From positions 159,652,001 to 159,716,000 of the forward strand of contig NC_086097.1 of NCBI RefSeq assembly GCF_963921235.1: a DNA stretch of 64,000 nucleotides, written 5' to 3'. This DNA comes from Mobula hypostoma. Its lineage: Eukaryota. Position 1 is the first letter of the stretch; the number at the start of each line of letters is the position of its first letter. Shown here one piece after another: positions 37,671-51,200 of this stretch. Under the pieces are notes generated by a model, which had not been told where the DNA came from, did no database searches, and saw nothing but the letters and a program-made list of their open reading frames with translations. A program made the translations under genes and the position numbers.

Positions 37671-38179
37671 AAGATGCTATCTGCGACAAAAATCAGACGT
37701 GCAGGAAGAACTCAGGCAGTCAAGCAGCTTCCGTGCAAAGAGAAACCAATTGAAGATTTTGCTCCAGGACTCTTCCTCAGAACTGATAGACTCTAAAATC
37801 ACATGTTACACCTTGTAACAAAAGATCGCCAAAGAATTGAATGGTGTTGCTGTGGTTCTCAAGTCTTTCATTTTTCTAATGAGTGAGAACCAAGAGTGGT
37901 AGTCTACAACTATGAGATAACAGTTTTAGTTGTGGGTATCTGATCCCACGATGTGCTATGTCAGTGAATAGCTCAGTGGCCTATGTTTCCTCTAATTATC
38001 GTTCCTTGTAGCATATACTGTATAGCACATTGACTCAATTCTCTTCATATTCTTGAAGATGTTCAAACATTCTATACCTGACCGATTTCCATATGCCCAT
38101 GAAATTTCTGGAGTAATTCTCATTACACCCCATTTTAGCAATTATTATTGCTGACAGTATTTGTTTCATCTTTTGGGAG

Positions 38180-38455
38180 AATTGAACCATCAAAGAGAAT
38201 TTGATTCCCACTAAGGCAGATGGGAAATTTAAAATCAACCAACTCATTAAATCTGTAATTAAAAAATAGTTGGTTTCAGTAACAGTAAGCATTAATCTAT
38301 CAGTTTTTAATCTGATTTAAAAAAAATTAGTTTACTAATGTCCTTTGGAGGAGCAAACTTAACCCTTACCCATTCTGGTCTACATGTGACTCTAGACTCG
38401 CTAATGTGATTGACCAACCTCTAAAGCCTACTCAGTTTATGAACAACAAGGGAAC
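38180..38455 (+). mobile_element. Ancient SINE, degenerate
   Basis: TTTACTAATGTCCTTT..CCCTTACC..CTGGTCTACATGTGACTCTAGAC; second copy at 11700-12750. Confidence 0.55.
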
Positions 38456-39532
38456 ATATATTCCTGTTCAACTTCTAAGACGTGGCAGGAAGGAACTTCA
38501 GATGCGGTAAAAAAAATTTAAAAGGAACCCAATTGAAAAATGCAAATTTAAATAAGGAAGAAATATGTATTATGAAGCTCTGAGACCAGACTGATGATAT
38601 TATTTTAGAAGAATAACTGGGATGCCAAATGTCAAATTCTTCATGATGAGAAGATTACTTCATGTAGAGCTATCCTGCAAGCTTCTCATAAGGACAATAA
38701 TACAATTAAAACATAGGATCAGCAAAGGTTCTCAGGCTAATTGAATCACATCTCTCCAGTAACCTAAAACACATAATAACATTCACCTACATTTCTCTAT
38801 CTCCATTCACACGCTGGATTCATTATGCCAAACACTTATCTGACTAAGGGCTCTCTGAACTTCAAGCAATAAAACCCCCTTTATTCTAATACCTAAAGCT
38901 TTGTGAAGGGTATACAGGGACCCATGAAGCAGCAGCAATTGCTAAAATATTAACTGACTTGTTTATATGTTATGTTGAGATGATTGACAACCCCGAGAAA
39001 TCACCATTTTCAACATTACTTCAAACAATTTAAAATATGCTTATCTGGAAAGTCAATTATGTAAAATGGGCTCATTTCATTATTATCCCATTAAGAAACC
39101 TTCTTCTGGAAGTACTTCCTGATCATTTCATGACACCCCAGAAGTTCCATTAACCACTGCTGGTCTTGATTCACCCTTGTGTAATTCCATTTTGGAAGTG
39201 CATGGTTGATGATATTCCCCATGCAACATTACTTTTAGAGCATGATGGGATACCTTAGACCATGCTTTCCCCACAGTGCCCATTGTTGGGCTTGCCTGGC
39301 AGGTAAGTGAAATACTCATCTCCATCCATTTTTGATCCTGATAGACTGCTCCATAACTAAACATGTCCCAGATCCTGAACCGACACTTCCAGGCTGAGTG
39401 CTTGCACCCAGTACATTTTACTCTTCCCTAACTTTCCCCTATCCCCGTCATATTTATACCGCTGCTTCCCTAACAACAATATGTAAAATACTGATTGTGG
39501 CCCACTTGCACCTGCCCTCCCCTCCTCCACCC

Positions 39533-39533
<1 letters not shown>

Positions 39534-39572
<39 letters not shown>
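39534..39572. repeat. (CA)n microsatellite
   Basis: Perfect CA run. Confidence 0.98.
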
Positions 39573-39576
<4 letters not shown>

Positions 39577-40204
39577 TCAAAAATAGAGGCACAACTGAAA
39601 TATCTCATCACACTCACCCCATCCACACCACAGATCCAACACAGATCGAAATAGGTTTGTGATGACTGAAGCTTAAATAGACTACTGGAAAAAAGACAAG
39701 TGTGCTGTTAATGAGCAATGGAACCTTTCTACAGCAGGAACCCTACTACAATACCCCACTTGGAGTCCTCAACAGGGAGGGTGTAGCATTTGGACACTGA
39801 CAACCATTGGTGTGTGTTAGAATGCTCAAGTTGCTTTCAGGCGCAGTCAACATAATACTAAATGGAATTCTTACTGCAACTCATTGGTCTGGGAGCGTGA
39901 GAGTCAGCTCCATCTTAGCTTATCAAAATGATAAAAAAAAACATAAGAAGATTTGCATTTAAAGGCCTCAAGGCTAACCCAGATTTCCATGAGACATAGA
40001 AGAATGCTATTTCATTTAAATCACAGAGAAAATGCATTCAGCCTCAAATTTTCGTCATAACCTATTCTCACTCTACTCCCATCAACTTACTCTAGGTTCT
40101 ACTATTCACCTATATACTAACACGAGTATACATTGTTCAATAAAGCAACCTACCAGCACATGTATGGAATGTGGGAGAAACCAAGAAGAGGAGATCCAAG
40201 CATT

Positions 40205-40602
40205 TGTAATGTGATATGTATCATCAGAGATCCTTTGCTTATTGCCATCAATGGGCATCAGGTACAGAAGCTGGAAGTTCCAAACCACAAAGATTAGGAA
40301 CAGCTACTTTCCTATAATCATCAGGTTCATAAGCCTACCTGTACAGTCTTAACCCCTACATCAGCAATGGAACACCATAAACCACCTTCTCATGACAATG
40401 GACAGGACTTCAAATATGCCTTTTTTTGGTGCACCAAGGTCTTGCTTTCACCCAGTCTTTTAGTTCAATCTATGGTACAATTTTCATGTCTAACTTAGGT
40501 ATAATTTGTATTCTGAGTTGTTATCTATACCTACGCACCTGTCTTGCTGCTGCAATTAAGTTTTTATGTACTTGTACACATTTCAATAAACTTGACTTCA
40601 CT
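40205..40602 (+). mobile_element. Rex 3' fragment inserted in a minus-strand V-SINE-like remnant (~40130-40700)
   Basis: TTGCCATCAATGGGCATCAGGTACAGAAGC..AGGAACAGCTACTTTCC and AATAAACTTGACTT tail; SINE halves GGAATGTGGGAGAAACC (40166) and GAGAATGTGCGAACTCCACACAGACAG (40604) flank it. Confidence 0.6.
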
Positions 40603-43587
40603 TGAGAATGTGCGAACTCCACACAGACAGCCCTGGAGTCAGTTTTCAATCAGGGTCACTGGAGCTCAGATGTAGCAGCTGCCCTAGCTACTCAGCACTG
40701 GATAAAAATGAGTGAACTGTAAAAAGGGCCTATTTGTACCTTGTGTTTATGTGTAACAGCTTGATTTATATATTTCAGCTCCCCATTTATTGAAAATCTT
40801 ATTAAATGGTCCATAGACACCAATGTGTAAAATCCACTATAAGGTCTCCTCGTTAATACTTATCTATTTCTCAATCTGTGGAAAATTAGCCCCCATTCAT
40901 TCATCCGTTAAAATCCAACATTTTTGGTACAAGATTAATATTGTGTACATGTTTGCATGTCACAAAGGAGAAAATGATCAAAATTGCGTCGAGGTTTCCA
41001 GGTAATGCATTTAACTGACACACCTAAAGAAAAGGTAACCTAATTTTACAATGTGCTTTATGATGACAATTCCAATTAAAATAACATTGACTTGTCAATT
41101 TTGTTCAAGAGCTGAGATAGTGACCATCCATTATATCACTGGAAAGCTACAGAAGATTACGATATAGATTTTCCTGTAGCATTTAGGACATGAAACAGTC
41201 TTGGATTTAAAAGACAAGTACGTAATAAAACAGCAAAGTCAGAGGCATATTTAAAGCAGTAATTGCTTGAAACTATCATGAAAATACACTGCTTGTTTCT
41301 CAGTGAATCCTTAGTTATAAGAAAAGCTTTGTTTCCTATTGGTGGATATACTGGTTCTTTGCAACAAAGTTTCATTTTTTGCAGTTGCATCCATTTCCAT
41401 GGCCCACAGAGAGCGGGAAGACTGAAGAAAATTTCCAGTCCCTTTGTTCAGCAGATCATTAAAATCTACTCAAATCAAAATGAGGGACATGATAGAAAAC
41501 ATCATTAGGGATGCTATAAATGGGCACTTAGAATTCAGGCTTCTGGGGAATACATTTCAGAAAATAAAGCACCAATTGATGCCAACCATAAAGACAAAAG
41601 AAGCAAAAACTCAGATTTATTAGGGAGCCCTGTGTTGCGATGGGGCTTAGAACAAGGATCCAGAAGCAAAATTGATCATCAGCAGTTCGGAGAAGATAAT
41701 TTCGAATAATAATTTAGGGTTCTGGAAGTCTCGAAGAATTTATTTGATCCTTCATAAAGGATTGGAGAAACATCTTTGCTTGAGTATCCTTCAGTCCTTC
41801 TAGCCCTCTGAAATTGGGTGTGAGAAAGAGTCTTGACATGTGAGTATGAAATGAGCAGCTAGAGATTTTGGTAACCTTTTCCTGGTCAGGATACCAATGC
41901 TGGGAATTTCTGAAGGGCTGTTCACTCAGTTATTGTAATCTTTTCAGGAAGAATGTTGGAAACTCTACAGTCATACCAAACATCACTGAGCAAATGTGCA
42001 TTAATGCACATAACCAGAAGCATTCTTGGTGTTTTGGATTTATTGGTCTTTTAGCCCAAGTAGGGACATAGGATTAATTATAATGAACTCCAGTGCAATG
42101 TATCATAATGTCAACAGAGGGAGTATGAACCACTTTTAGCCAGTTCATTGGTAGGAATAGATTATTTTCAATAGATCTAGCATGTAAGTAGTTATAGAAA
42201 AAAGGCATTCCAGGAGAGATGCACAACTCTACTTCTGGGTCCTGTTGTTAAGGAGCATTAGCAGTCATGAAGGTATTAAGTTTGTTAAAAGTAAGATAAA
42301 GAGAGATAAAGATTAGTTTTATTTGTCAAATGTACAATGAATGTGTTGTTTGTATCAACGGCAAATAGAGTCTGTGGATGTGCTGAAGGCATCCTACGAA
42401 TGTCTCAATACTTCTTTCATCACGTAGCATGCACACAACTTACTAACCCTAGTCTGTATGATTTTCAAATGGAGAAGCACCCAGAGAAAATTCACCCAAT
42501 CACTGGGAGAATGTACAAACACCTTACAGAGAACAATTATGCTGATATTAATTGCCTTTAATACAAATAAGAACCAGAATATTGCTTGGATTTTACTTTT
42601 GAAATAACTTATGAAGACTGCATTTTTAGTTGTATTAACGAATACTATATCTAACACTTTAAACTTTAGGAACATTATTTTTCCCTCCACCATCAGACTT
42701 CAGAATGATCTTTGAACCGATGAACAATAACTCAGTATTCCTCTTTTTCACTATTTATTTTACTTCTTATTGTATCTTGTTGTATTTTTTTATGTCTTGC
42801 TGCCATAAGACAATAAGTCTGTGACAATAAACCTGACTCTGGTTTTGACAGCTCAAGCACCAGGAAGGTTTAGGTTAAATGGCACTGCAAAGGCCATTTA
42901 CCGCAGATGGCTCACTAAACCCCTGGGCTCCTAGAAAATGTGCCCCTCTGTGGACTTAAATCTTCATCATCTAATATCCCAAACCATCTCCAATAATATG
43001 AGAAGTAAATTGACTCTAACATTGATTGTGCTAATATGGTGCTCCAGGTGTTTCACCCCTTCCTCTTAGAGACCTTCCTGGACATTTCCACCTTCTTGGT
43101 AATTTCAGACACCATTCTATGGATAAATGTTAGGGAATGGGCTTTCCCTCATCCTGTTGCAGCTATGTGATTCCCAGCACTTCACTCCCTTCTCTTCAGC
43201 GGCCCCCTGCACATACATTGCACTCTTATCTCACATTCTTATATCTGGCCATTTCGACTCAATGTAGCTTTAGAGTAACAGACCTGGCTGTCAGTTGTTG
43301 ATGTGTGGGCAAGAGGCACCAGCTGGATGACTTAATTCAATTCAGATTGAGGATCACAGGTAATTATCTCTGCTGTTTGCCCTGATAGAGGGATCGTTGG
43401 GTTAGATTAACCACAAGTTTGTTGATAGGTTCTGCAGGATGATTTGGGGTAGTTCATATCTAAATGACTTTGAGGATCTTAATTCAAAGGCATCCCCTCA
43501 GGTTTTGTTGTAGAGTTTACTACAATCAATACACATAAAAGTTGCTGGTGAACGCAGCAGGCCAGGCAGCATCTGTAGGAAGAGGTG

Positions 43588-43625
43588 CAGTCGACCTTTC
43601 AGGCCGAGACCCTTCGTCAGGACTA
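43588..43625 (-). ncRNA. Minimal type I hammerhead motif with a stem III substitution
   Basis: Minus: TAGTC CTGACGA AGGGTCTCGGCCT GAAA GGTC GACTG; C>G at 43596 breaks the ACGT palindrome. Confidence 0.6.
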
Positions 43626-45357
43626 ACTGAAGGAAGAGTGAGTAAGGGATTTGAAAGTTGGAGGGAGAGGGGAAGATCCAAAATGATAGGAGAAGACAGG
43701 AGGGGGAGGGATAGAGCCGAGAGCTGGACAGGTGATAGGCAAAAGGGGATATGAGAGGATCATGGGACAGGAGGTCCGGGAAGAAAGACAAGGGGGGGGG
43801 GACCCAGAGGATGGGCAAGAGGTATATTCAGAGGGACAGAGGGAGAAAAAGGAGAGTGAGAGAAAGAATGTGTGCATAAAAATAACAGATGGGGTACGAG
43901 GGGGAGGTGGGGCCTAGCGGAAGTTAGAGAAGTCGATGTTCATGCCGTCAGGTTGGAGGCTACCCAGATGGAATATAAGGTGTTCTTCCTCCAACCTGAG
44001 TGTGGCTTCATCTTTACAGTAGAGGAGACCGTGGATAGATATGTCAGAATGGGAATGGGATGTGGAATTAAAATGTGTGGCCACTGGGAGATCCTGCTTT
44101 CTCTGGCGGACAGAGCGTAGATGTTCAGCAAAGCGGTCTCCCAGTCTGCGTCGGGTCTCGCCAATATATAAAGGCCACATCGGGAGCACTGGACGCAGTA
44201 TATCACCCCAGTCGACTCACAGGTGAAGTGTTGCCTCACCTGGAAGGACTGTCTGGGGCCCTGAATGGTGGTAAGGGAGGAAGTGTAAGGGCATGTGTAG
44301 CACTTGTTCCGCTTACACGGATAAGTGCCAGGAGGGAGATCAGTGGGGCGGGATGGGGGGGACGAATGGACAAGGGAGATGCGTAGGGAGCGATCCCTGC
44401 AGAATGCAGAGAGAGGGGGGAGAGGGAAAGATGTGCTTAGTGGTGGGATCCCATTGGAGGTGGCAGAAGTTACGGAGAATAATATGTTGGACCCAGAGGT
44501 TGGTGGGGTGGTAGGTGAGGATCAGGGGAACCCTATTCCTAGTGGGGTGGCAGGAGGATGGAGTGAGAGCAGATGTACGTGAAATGGGGGAGATGCGTTT
44601 AAGAGCAGAGTTGATAGTGGAGGAAGGGAAGCCCCTTTCTTTAAAAAAGGAAGACATCTCCCTCGTCCTAGAATGAAAAGCCTCATCCTGAGAGCAGATG
44701 CGGCGGAGACGGAGGAATTGCGAGAAGGGAAAGGCTCCCAATGTGGCCTTTTATATATTGGCGAGACTGGGGTGATATACTGCGTCCGGTGCTCCCGATG
44801 TGGCCTTTTATATATTGGGGAGACCCGACGCAGACTGGGAGACCGCTTTGCTGAACATCTATGCTCTGTCCGCCAGAGAAAGCAGGATCTCCCAGTGGCC
44901 ACACGTTTTAATTCCACATCCCATTCCCATTCTGACATGTCTATCCACGGCCTCCTCTACTGTAAAGATGAAGCCACACTCAGGTTGGAGGAAGAACACC
45001 TTATATTCCATCTGGGTAGCCTCCAACCTGATGGCATGAACATCGACTTCTCTAACTTCCGCTAATGCCCCACCTCCCCCTCGTACCCCATCTGTTATTT
45101 ATTTTTATGCACACATTCTTTCTCTCACTCTCCTTTTTCTCCCTCTGTCCCTCTGAATATACCTCTTGCCCATCCTCTGGGTCCCACCCCCTTGTCTTTC
45201 TTCCCGGACCTCCTGTCCCATGATCCTCTCATATCCCCTTTTGCCAATCATCTGTCCAGCTCTTGGCTCTATCCCTCCCCCTCCTGTCTTCTCCTATCAT
45301 TTTGGATCTTCCCCTCCCCTTCCAACTTTCAAATCCCTTACTCACTCTTCCTTCAGT

Positions 45358-45395
45358 TAGTCCTGACGAAGGGTCTCGGCCTGAAACGTCGACTG
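45358..45395 (+). ncRNA. Minimal type I hammerhead ribozyme, intact core
   Basis: TAGTC (stem I), CTGACGA, AGG-GTCTCGG-CCT (stem II), GAAA, palindromic ACGT (stem III), GTC triplet with predicted cut after 45390, GACTG (stem I'). Confidence 0.8.
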
Positions 45396-46087
45396 CACCT
45401 CTTCCTACAGATGCTGCCTGGCCTGCTGCGTTCACCAGCAACTTTGATGTATGTTGCTTGAATTTCCAGCATCTGCAGAATTCCTGTTGTTTACTACAAT
45501 CAATAATCAGTTTTGAAATGGTTAATGAAATCTGATGGTTATTTCTATTAATGGTTGCTATATCTGCAACATCATATGTGGACTTTGGCTGTTGGTAACA
45601 CTATATGCCTGATTTTATTTGTTCATACTTTGACAGCCATCTTTCACCTCCCTCGAATTAAAATTTGGATTCACTGCTCCAGACCAGTCTCTGTTCTTGA
45701 TTGTACCTCCTCCTCTAATTCCGTTCATATTTGATCAAGTTATAGGTTGTCTCTGCTAACATCTCTTTATGTGGCTTGATGACATTTTGAAAATAAAAAT
45801 AAACTACAGATGATGGAATCCTAAAATGAAAACAAAAATAATTGCTAGAGATACTTAGTAGGTCAGGCAGCATCTATGAAAGGAAAATAGAGTTTTGGGT
45901 CTAAAACATTTTGTCAGAAATTAACTTTTGTTTGTGCAACTGTTAATGTTTTATTTTTTGGTGAATTTTAATATCATGTAAAATATTTACAGAACATGAG
46001 AGAGATAGGAAAAATATGAATATTTTTATTATGATTTGGAGTCTTGGAACTTTAATTTTGTATGTTTTGTCTCTTATAATAAGATTT

Positions 46088-48120
46088 TCAAGTTCAAGTT
46101 TATTGTCATTGAACCGTATATATGTACACAGCTAAGGAAAACACCATTCCTCTGGGGCCAGCTAAGCTGCAAAGCTCAGTACATATAGTCAGACACAGCA
46201 CGTACAGTTATGATCCAGCACACACAGTCACAAGATAATATTAGCACAAGTCTCTGAGTGGCATGGCCTGAAGATTGGCAGATTGACATAAAGTGCAAGG
46301 TGTATGTTTATGTAAGAGATTATAATCTTGCTACAGCTATTATAATAAAACAATCAGTCATATACATGTGAAACTGTAGCAATAAAAGATGAAGAGGGAC
46401 CAGTTCAGGATGAGAGTGGTCTGTGATTTGGGAGTGGGAGTTGGGTGGTGGGGCGGGGGGTGTGGGGAATGTGTGGTGGGGCATTCAAACAGGGCTTACA
46501 GCTGGCTGGGTGAAACAGTAGAGAGTTAAAAAGTCTAACCTCGGTGAAGGACTGCCTTACAGTTCTGACAGTTCTGGTTCTAATGCTGTGATACCTTCTG
46601 CCTGACAGCAGGAAGTCAAAGCTGTTGTGGGGAAGACGGGAGGGGTCTCTGACAATGCTGGCGGCACTACGTGTGCAGTGCTTCTGCATATGTCCTGAAT
46701 GGGGTGGGGGGAGAGGGAGAGAGACCCCAATCATGTTCACAACAGTCCTCACTATCTGTTGCAGGGACTTGTGATCTGATGCATTGCAATTCCCATACCG
46801 GACAGTGATACAGGTGGCCAGGACACTCTCGATGGTGCTCCAGTAGATTGTGGTGAGAATGGGTGCGGAGGGTTGGGGTGGGTCCTTGCTTGCCTCAGTC
46901 TCCTTAGGAAGTGGAGACACTGCTGACTCTTTTAGCTAATTAGGTGGTGTTGAGGGACCAAGTGAGATCATCAGTAACGTGCGCGCCAAGAAACTTTAAA
47001 CTCCTGACTCCCTTCGCAGAGAAGTGATTGATGTGCAGCAGGGAGTGATCAGACTGCAGCGTCCTGAAGTGCACAATCTTCTCTTTAGTCTTGTCCACAT
47101 TGAAACTCAGGTTGTTTGTTTGCACCATTCCATAGGCTGTTCTACCCGCTCCTTGTATGCTGTTACATCATTGTCAATGATGAGGCCAGCTACAGTCGTG
47201 TCATCAATGCACTTAACGATGTGGTTAGTACTGGATTTATATATCCAATCATACTTTAGCAATATGAACAGCAGTGGTGGGGCACGCAGCCCTGGGGGAG
47301 AGCTGGTGATCAGCCAGAGATGTTGCTGCCAATACTGACTTTGTGGTCACATTGGCATGAAGTCCAGGACCCAGTTACAGAGGGAGGTGGTGAGACCCAT
47401 CATGGACAGTTTTCCCACCAGCTTCTGCGGAGTGATTGTATTGAAAGATGAACTGAAGTCAACGAGCAGCATTCTGACATTGGTGACACCATTGTCCAGG
47501 TGGGACAGGACTGTGTAAAAGTCAGAGTTTATGGGATCATTGCTAGATTGCTTTGGGTGACATGCAAACTAGAAATGGGTCCAAGGTGGTGGGAAGGTTG
47601 GATTTAATGTAGTTCATGACCAGCCACTCAGAGTACTTTATTATTAGTGAGGTCAGTGCCACGGGATGGTCATCAGTGAGGCTGGATACAGTCAGCTTCT
47701 TGGGCAACTCAATGATGGTGCTGGTCTGGAAGCCTTTGGGGACAATGGTGAGATCCATAAAGATGTTGAAGTTGTCAGTGAGCTCACCTGCTTGCTGGGC
47801 TGCACAGTCTGTGAGCACACGGCTAGGTCTGTTATCAGGTCCTGCAGCTTTGTGTAGGTTGACCCTGGCTAATGGCTTCCTCACAGAAGCTGTGGCCAGA
47901 CAGAGTGCCTTCTGCTGGGTTGGAAGAGGGGTCTTTCTCACTGGCACAACATTTGGTGCGTCAAAACAATGTTCAGCCTGTCAGGAAGAGAGCTGTCACT
48001 GTCGTCGTTGCACAGGGTGGTCTTATAGTCTGTTAAGGCTTGGATGCCCTGCCACACATGCCACGTGACCCTCGTGCCACAGAAATGGCTGTGGATTTTC
48101 TGTGTGTAGTCCCGTTCTGT
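46088..48120 (-). mobile_element. Rex1/Babar LINE, decayed
   Basis: KAAGPDNRPSRVL, PVALTSLIIK, NNLSFNVDKTKE, TIESVLATCITV; (TTGAAC)n tail at 46088-46100. Confidence 0.88.
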
Positions 48121-49704
48121 GAAGTTCCGTGAAGTATTTTACTATAATAAATAAAAATGAAAATTGGAGTTTAGTTTTGTAAAATGATTAAGACTAATTT
48201 TACAGATAAAAGAAATAAAAGGACCAAATTAGATATTAGTGTTATTCCACTGTCATTTCATCATATCCGTGCAATGTTTTTCCTTGCACATTCATTGAAC
48301 TATTTTTTGAAGCCAGCTACAGAATTGATATTCATAAACCCTTAAGGTTGTATTCCAATTCCTAAATACTCAGTACATTAAAAAGATTTTCGTAAATTGC
48401 CTCTGGTTCTTTTATCATTATTTCTAAATCTAGTTTAGTCATTTCAGCCACTGGAAATAGTTAACCTTTATTTCTTCTATCCAGGTACATACCTTAAATG
48501 AGTCTATTAATTCACTATTATACTCTAAGGAGAAATACCCCCCAGCTTGCCTCCAAAGTATTAAGGCAAGCGTATTCCTGCATCATTAGAACCAATCTGG
48601 TAAGTTTCTAAAGCTTTCATAATTTTTCTAAAGATTATCTTCAGAGTGGACATGATACTCCTGTGAGGGAAGAGTGTTTAATATGGGTTTAGATAAAAGT
48701 TTTTGTCTGTAGTCATCTAAGCCTCTCTTTCTAAAGCTGAGCAATCCACTCTAATTCACTTCGAGCATTTTATCACTGACTTTCCCCTGTGCTCTCCAAT
48801 ACCCTTTCCCTGCATCTTAAAAACATGTTTTATCTTTAATTTTCCTCACTTCCAATGAAAGGACATCATGCTGAAAAATTAACTCTGTGTGTCTTACTAC
48901 AATTTCTGACTGGTGCTGCAAAGCTTTTCAGGGTTTCCATTCCTTATCACAAGAATCCATATGCTTTATTAACTGCAGAGCTAACTTATATCAAAATTGT
49001 GCTAAGCACATCATCCAGGTTCATCTCAAATTGTATTTGTTTTGAAAGATGTACTATGTAGCATATAATCTTACTGAAATGAAATACAATTTTGTTCATT
49101 GTACAGTACTTCATGTGTCAGAAATTTACCACCTGCATGTCTAGGTTCTCTTGAGAACTTGGCACACCTCCAAATTTTCAACATCTGCATTTTTGCTATT
49201 CTGTTCTGACTAGATATCAGCCCTAGTACGCACAATATCTAAGAGTAAATACTGCTTAATTCCCTGTTCTATTTATGATTAGTGCTAATTCAGGATATTG
49301 TAAATCAAGGGAGTGGAATGCCATTAAAAGTTGTATTGCCTCGTATTATGGTTAGTGTACGTAGTATGCGTAGAAAAGTACATGAGCGGTGTGTTAGAAG
49401 GAACACCATATAAACACAGATGTTCCATGCATTAAGACAAGAATTCCTATAAAAGTGTTTGTGTCACTGTCAAATGAACTTCCTTTTCCTATGTAACTCC
49501 TCATAATAAGCAGAGATGTGTTCCTTCCAAGTACCTGCCTCTTGTTTTAAACTATTTTATCGGCAATGACAAAGTGATCCACCACCATTATTTAACAGCT
49601 GAGGACAACATTCAACCTGGGTTGGAGAAAGGCTATGGATTAGGAAAGGACACAGAAAGTGGTGATAGCTGGGATGTTAGTAAAGATGACAACATTAGGC
49701 TGTT

Positions 49705-50520
49705 ACAGTTCAGCTTTCAATACTATAATTCCAAGTAAACTAATCACCAACTCAAGATCTTTAAATCAGAACCTTCCCCTGCAACTGCATCCTTGACTTT
49801 CTGGCCAATGGATCACAATTGGTAAAGAAAGGTGTTTAGGCTGTGAATGTTGAGAACTTCATGTTCCAAGGAGCGAGTGTCATTAATAGCCTGTCCTGGA
49901 CCAACCACGTAGGAGCCATGGCCAATACTTTTATTTCCTCAAGAGGCTAAAGAAACTTGATATGTCCCTTCGCCAAGTTTTAGTGATACACAATAGAAAG
50001 CATCCTATCTGGATGTGCCATTGCTTTGTATGTCAACTGCTCTTCCCATGGCCGCAAGAAACTGTACAGAGTTGTGGACACAGCTCAGTACATTGCAGAA
50101 ACCAGTATTTCCTCCATGGATTCTGTCTACACTTCTTGCTACTTCAGTAATTCCCTAGCATAATCAAAGACAACACCTACCCCATACATTCGCACATTTC
50201 GCCCCTCTCATCAGGCAGAAGATACAGAAGTCTGAAAACTCAAGAAAAACTTTTATACTGTTGTTATATAGAATGTTTCCCTAGTACAAAATGATGGACT
50301 CTTGACTTCACACTCTACCTTGTTATGATCTTGTACCTCATTGTTTACCTACACTGCACTTCCTCTGTAGCTGTTACACTGTATTCTGCATCTTTGATTG
50401 GTTTACCTTGTTCTACCTCAATGCAATGTGTAGTGAATTGATGGGAATGAATGGTATGCAAGCTTTTCATTGTACTTCAGTAAATGTGACAATAATAAAC
50501 CAATTCCATTCAATTCCATA
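49705..50520 (+). mobile_element. Old Rex fragment with internal deletions
   Basis: CAGCTTTCAATACTATAATTCC, TTCCTCAAGAGGCTAAAGAAA, CATCAGGCAGAAGATACAGAAG; AATAAACCAATTCCATTCAATTCC tail. Confidence 0.7.
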
Positions 50521-50797
50521 TGGATGAGACTTGAGGATAGAGCTTCACGAGGAAAGCTAGTGTGAAGGAGTTTTGGTGTGGGGTGTAATGGGTTAAAGCG
50601 CAGTCTCTTAAAACAAGTGGAGTAAAGGCCGAGGCGTTGCTTTGAGGAGAGGCATGTCAGAAAAAATGTCTCACGGATGAAGAGCTGGGCAGTGCTGCAC
50701 ACTAAGATATCAGTTCACTTGTCCTTGTACTAGAGTGGGCATGGCAGATGAGGGACTGTCAATTGATGCAGTCATGTCATATCCAAACCTTAATTCT

Positions 50798-51200
50798 TCA
50801 TCATCATCATTACGTGTTGGATCATATGATATGGCCGATCATAGTTTTTGACCAGGATTGTTCCTGGCAAATTTTTCCAGAGAAGTGGTTTGCTGTTGCC
50901 TTCTTCTAGACAGTGTCTTTACAAGATAGGTATCAATACTCTACGGCGATTTTCATACAATAGGGTCTTTTAAGAGACTCTTAGATAGGTACATGGAGCT
51001 TAGAAAAACAGAGGGCTATGTGGTAGGGAAATTCTAGGCAGATTCTAGAGTAGGTTACATGGTCAGCACAACATTGTGGGCCAAATGGCTTGTAATATAC
51101 TGTAGATTTTCTATGTTCTATGTTCTATCCTAGCAACAGTAGTCGAATAACCAGGACTTGTGTTACGCACCAGCTGCTTATACAACTATCCACCACCTTC
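50798..51200 (-). mobile_element. RTE-dependent SINE-like element with (GAT)n tail, interrupted by a plus-strand CR1 3' end (~50955-51127)
   Basis: Minus GAAGGCAACAGCAAACCACTT resembles the RTE 5'UTR motif at ~8706-8728 (GGAAGGCAATAGCAAACCACT); (CAT)n at 50799-50810; CR1 tail (TTCTATG)n at 51109-51128. Confidence 0.65.

Larger units (their letters stand above)
43532..45488. mobile_element. Penelope-like (Neptune-type GIY-YIG) insertion made of two inverted 3' segments
   Basis: 17-bp TSD GTTTACTACAATCAATA (43515-31, 45489-505); arms ~43532-44214 and ~44765-45453 are near-identical inverted copies; FTCESTGVIYC..CSRCGLLYIGETRRRL..RFAEH..QPDGMN endonuclease; PFSQFLRLRRICS thumb region on minus 44340-44741. 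Confidence 0.95.
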
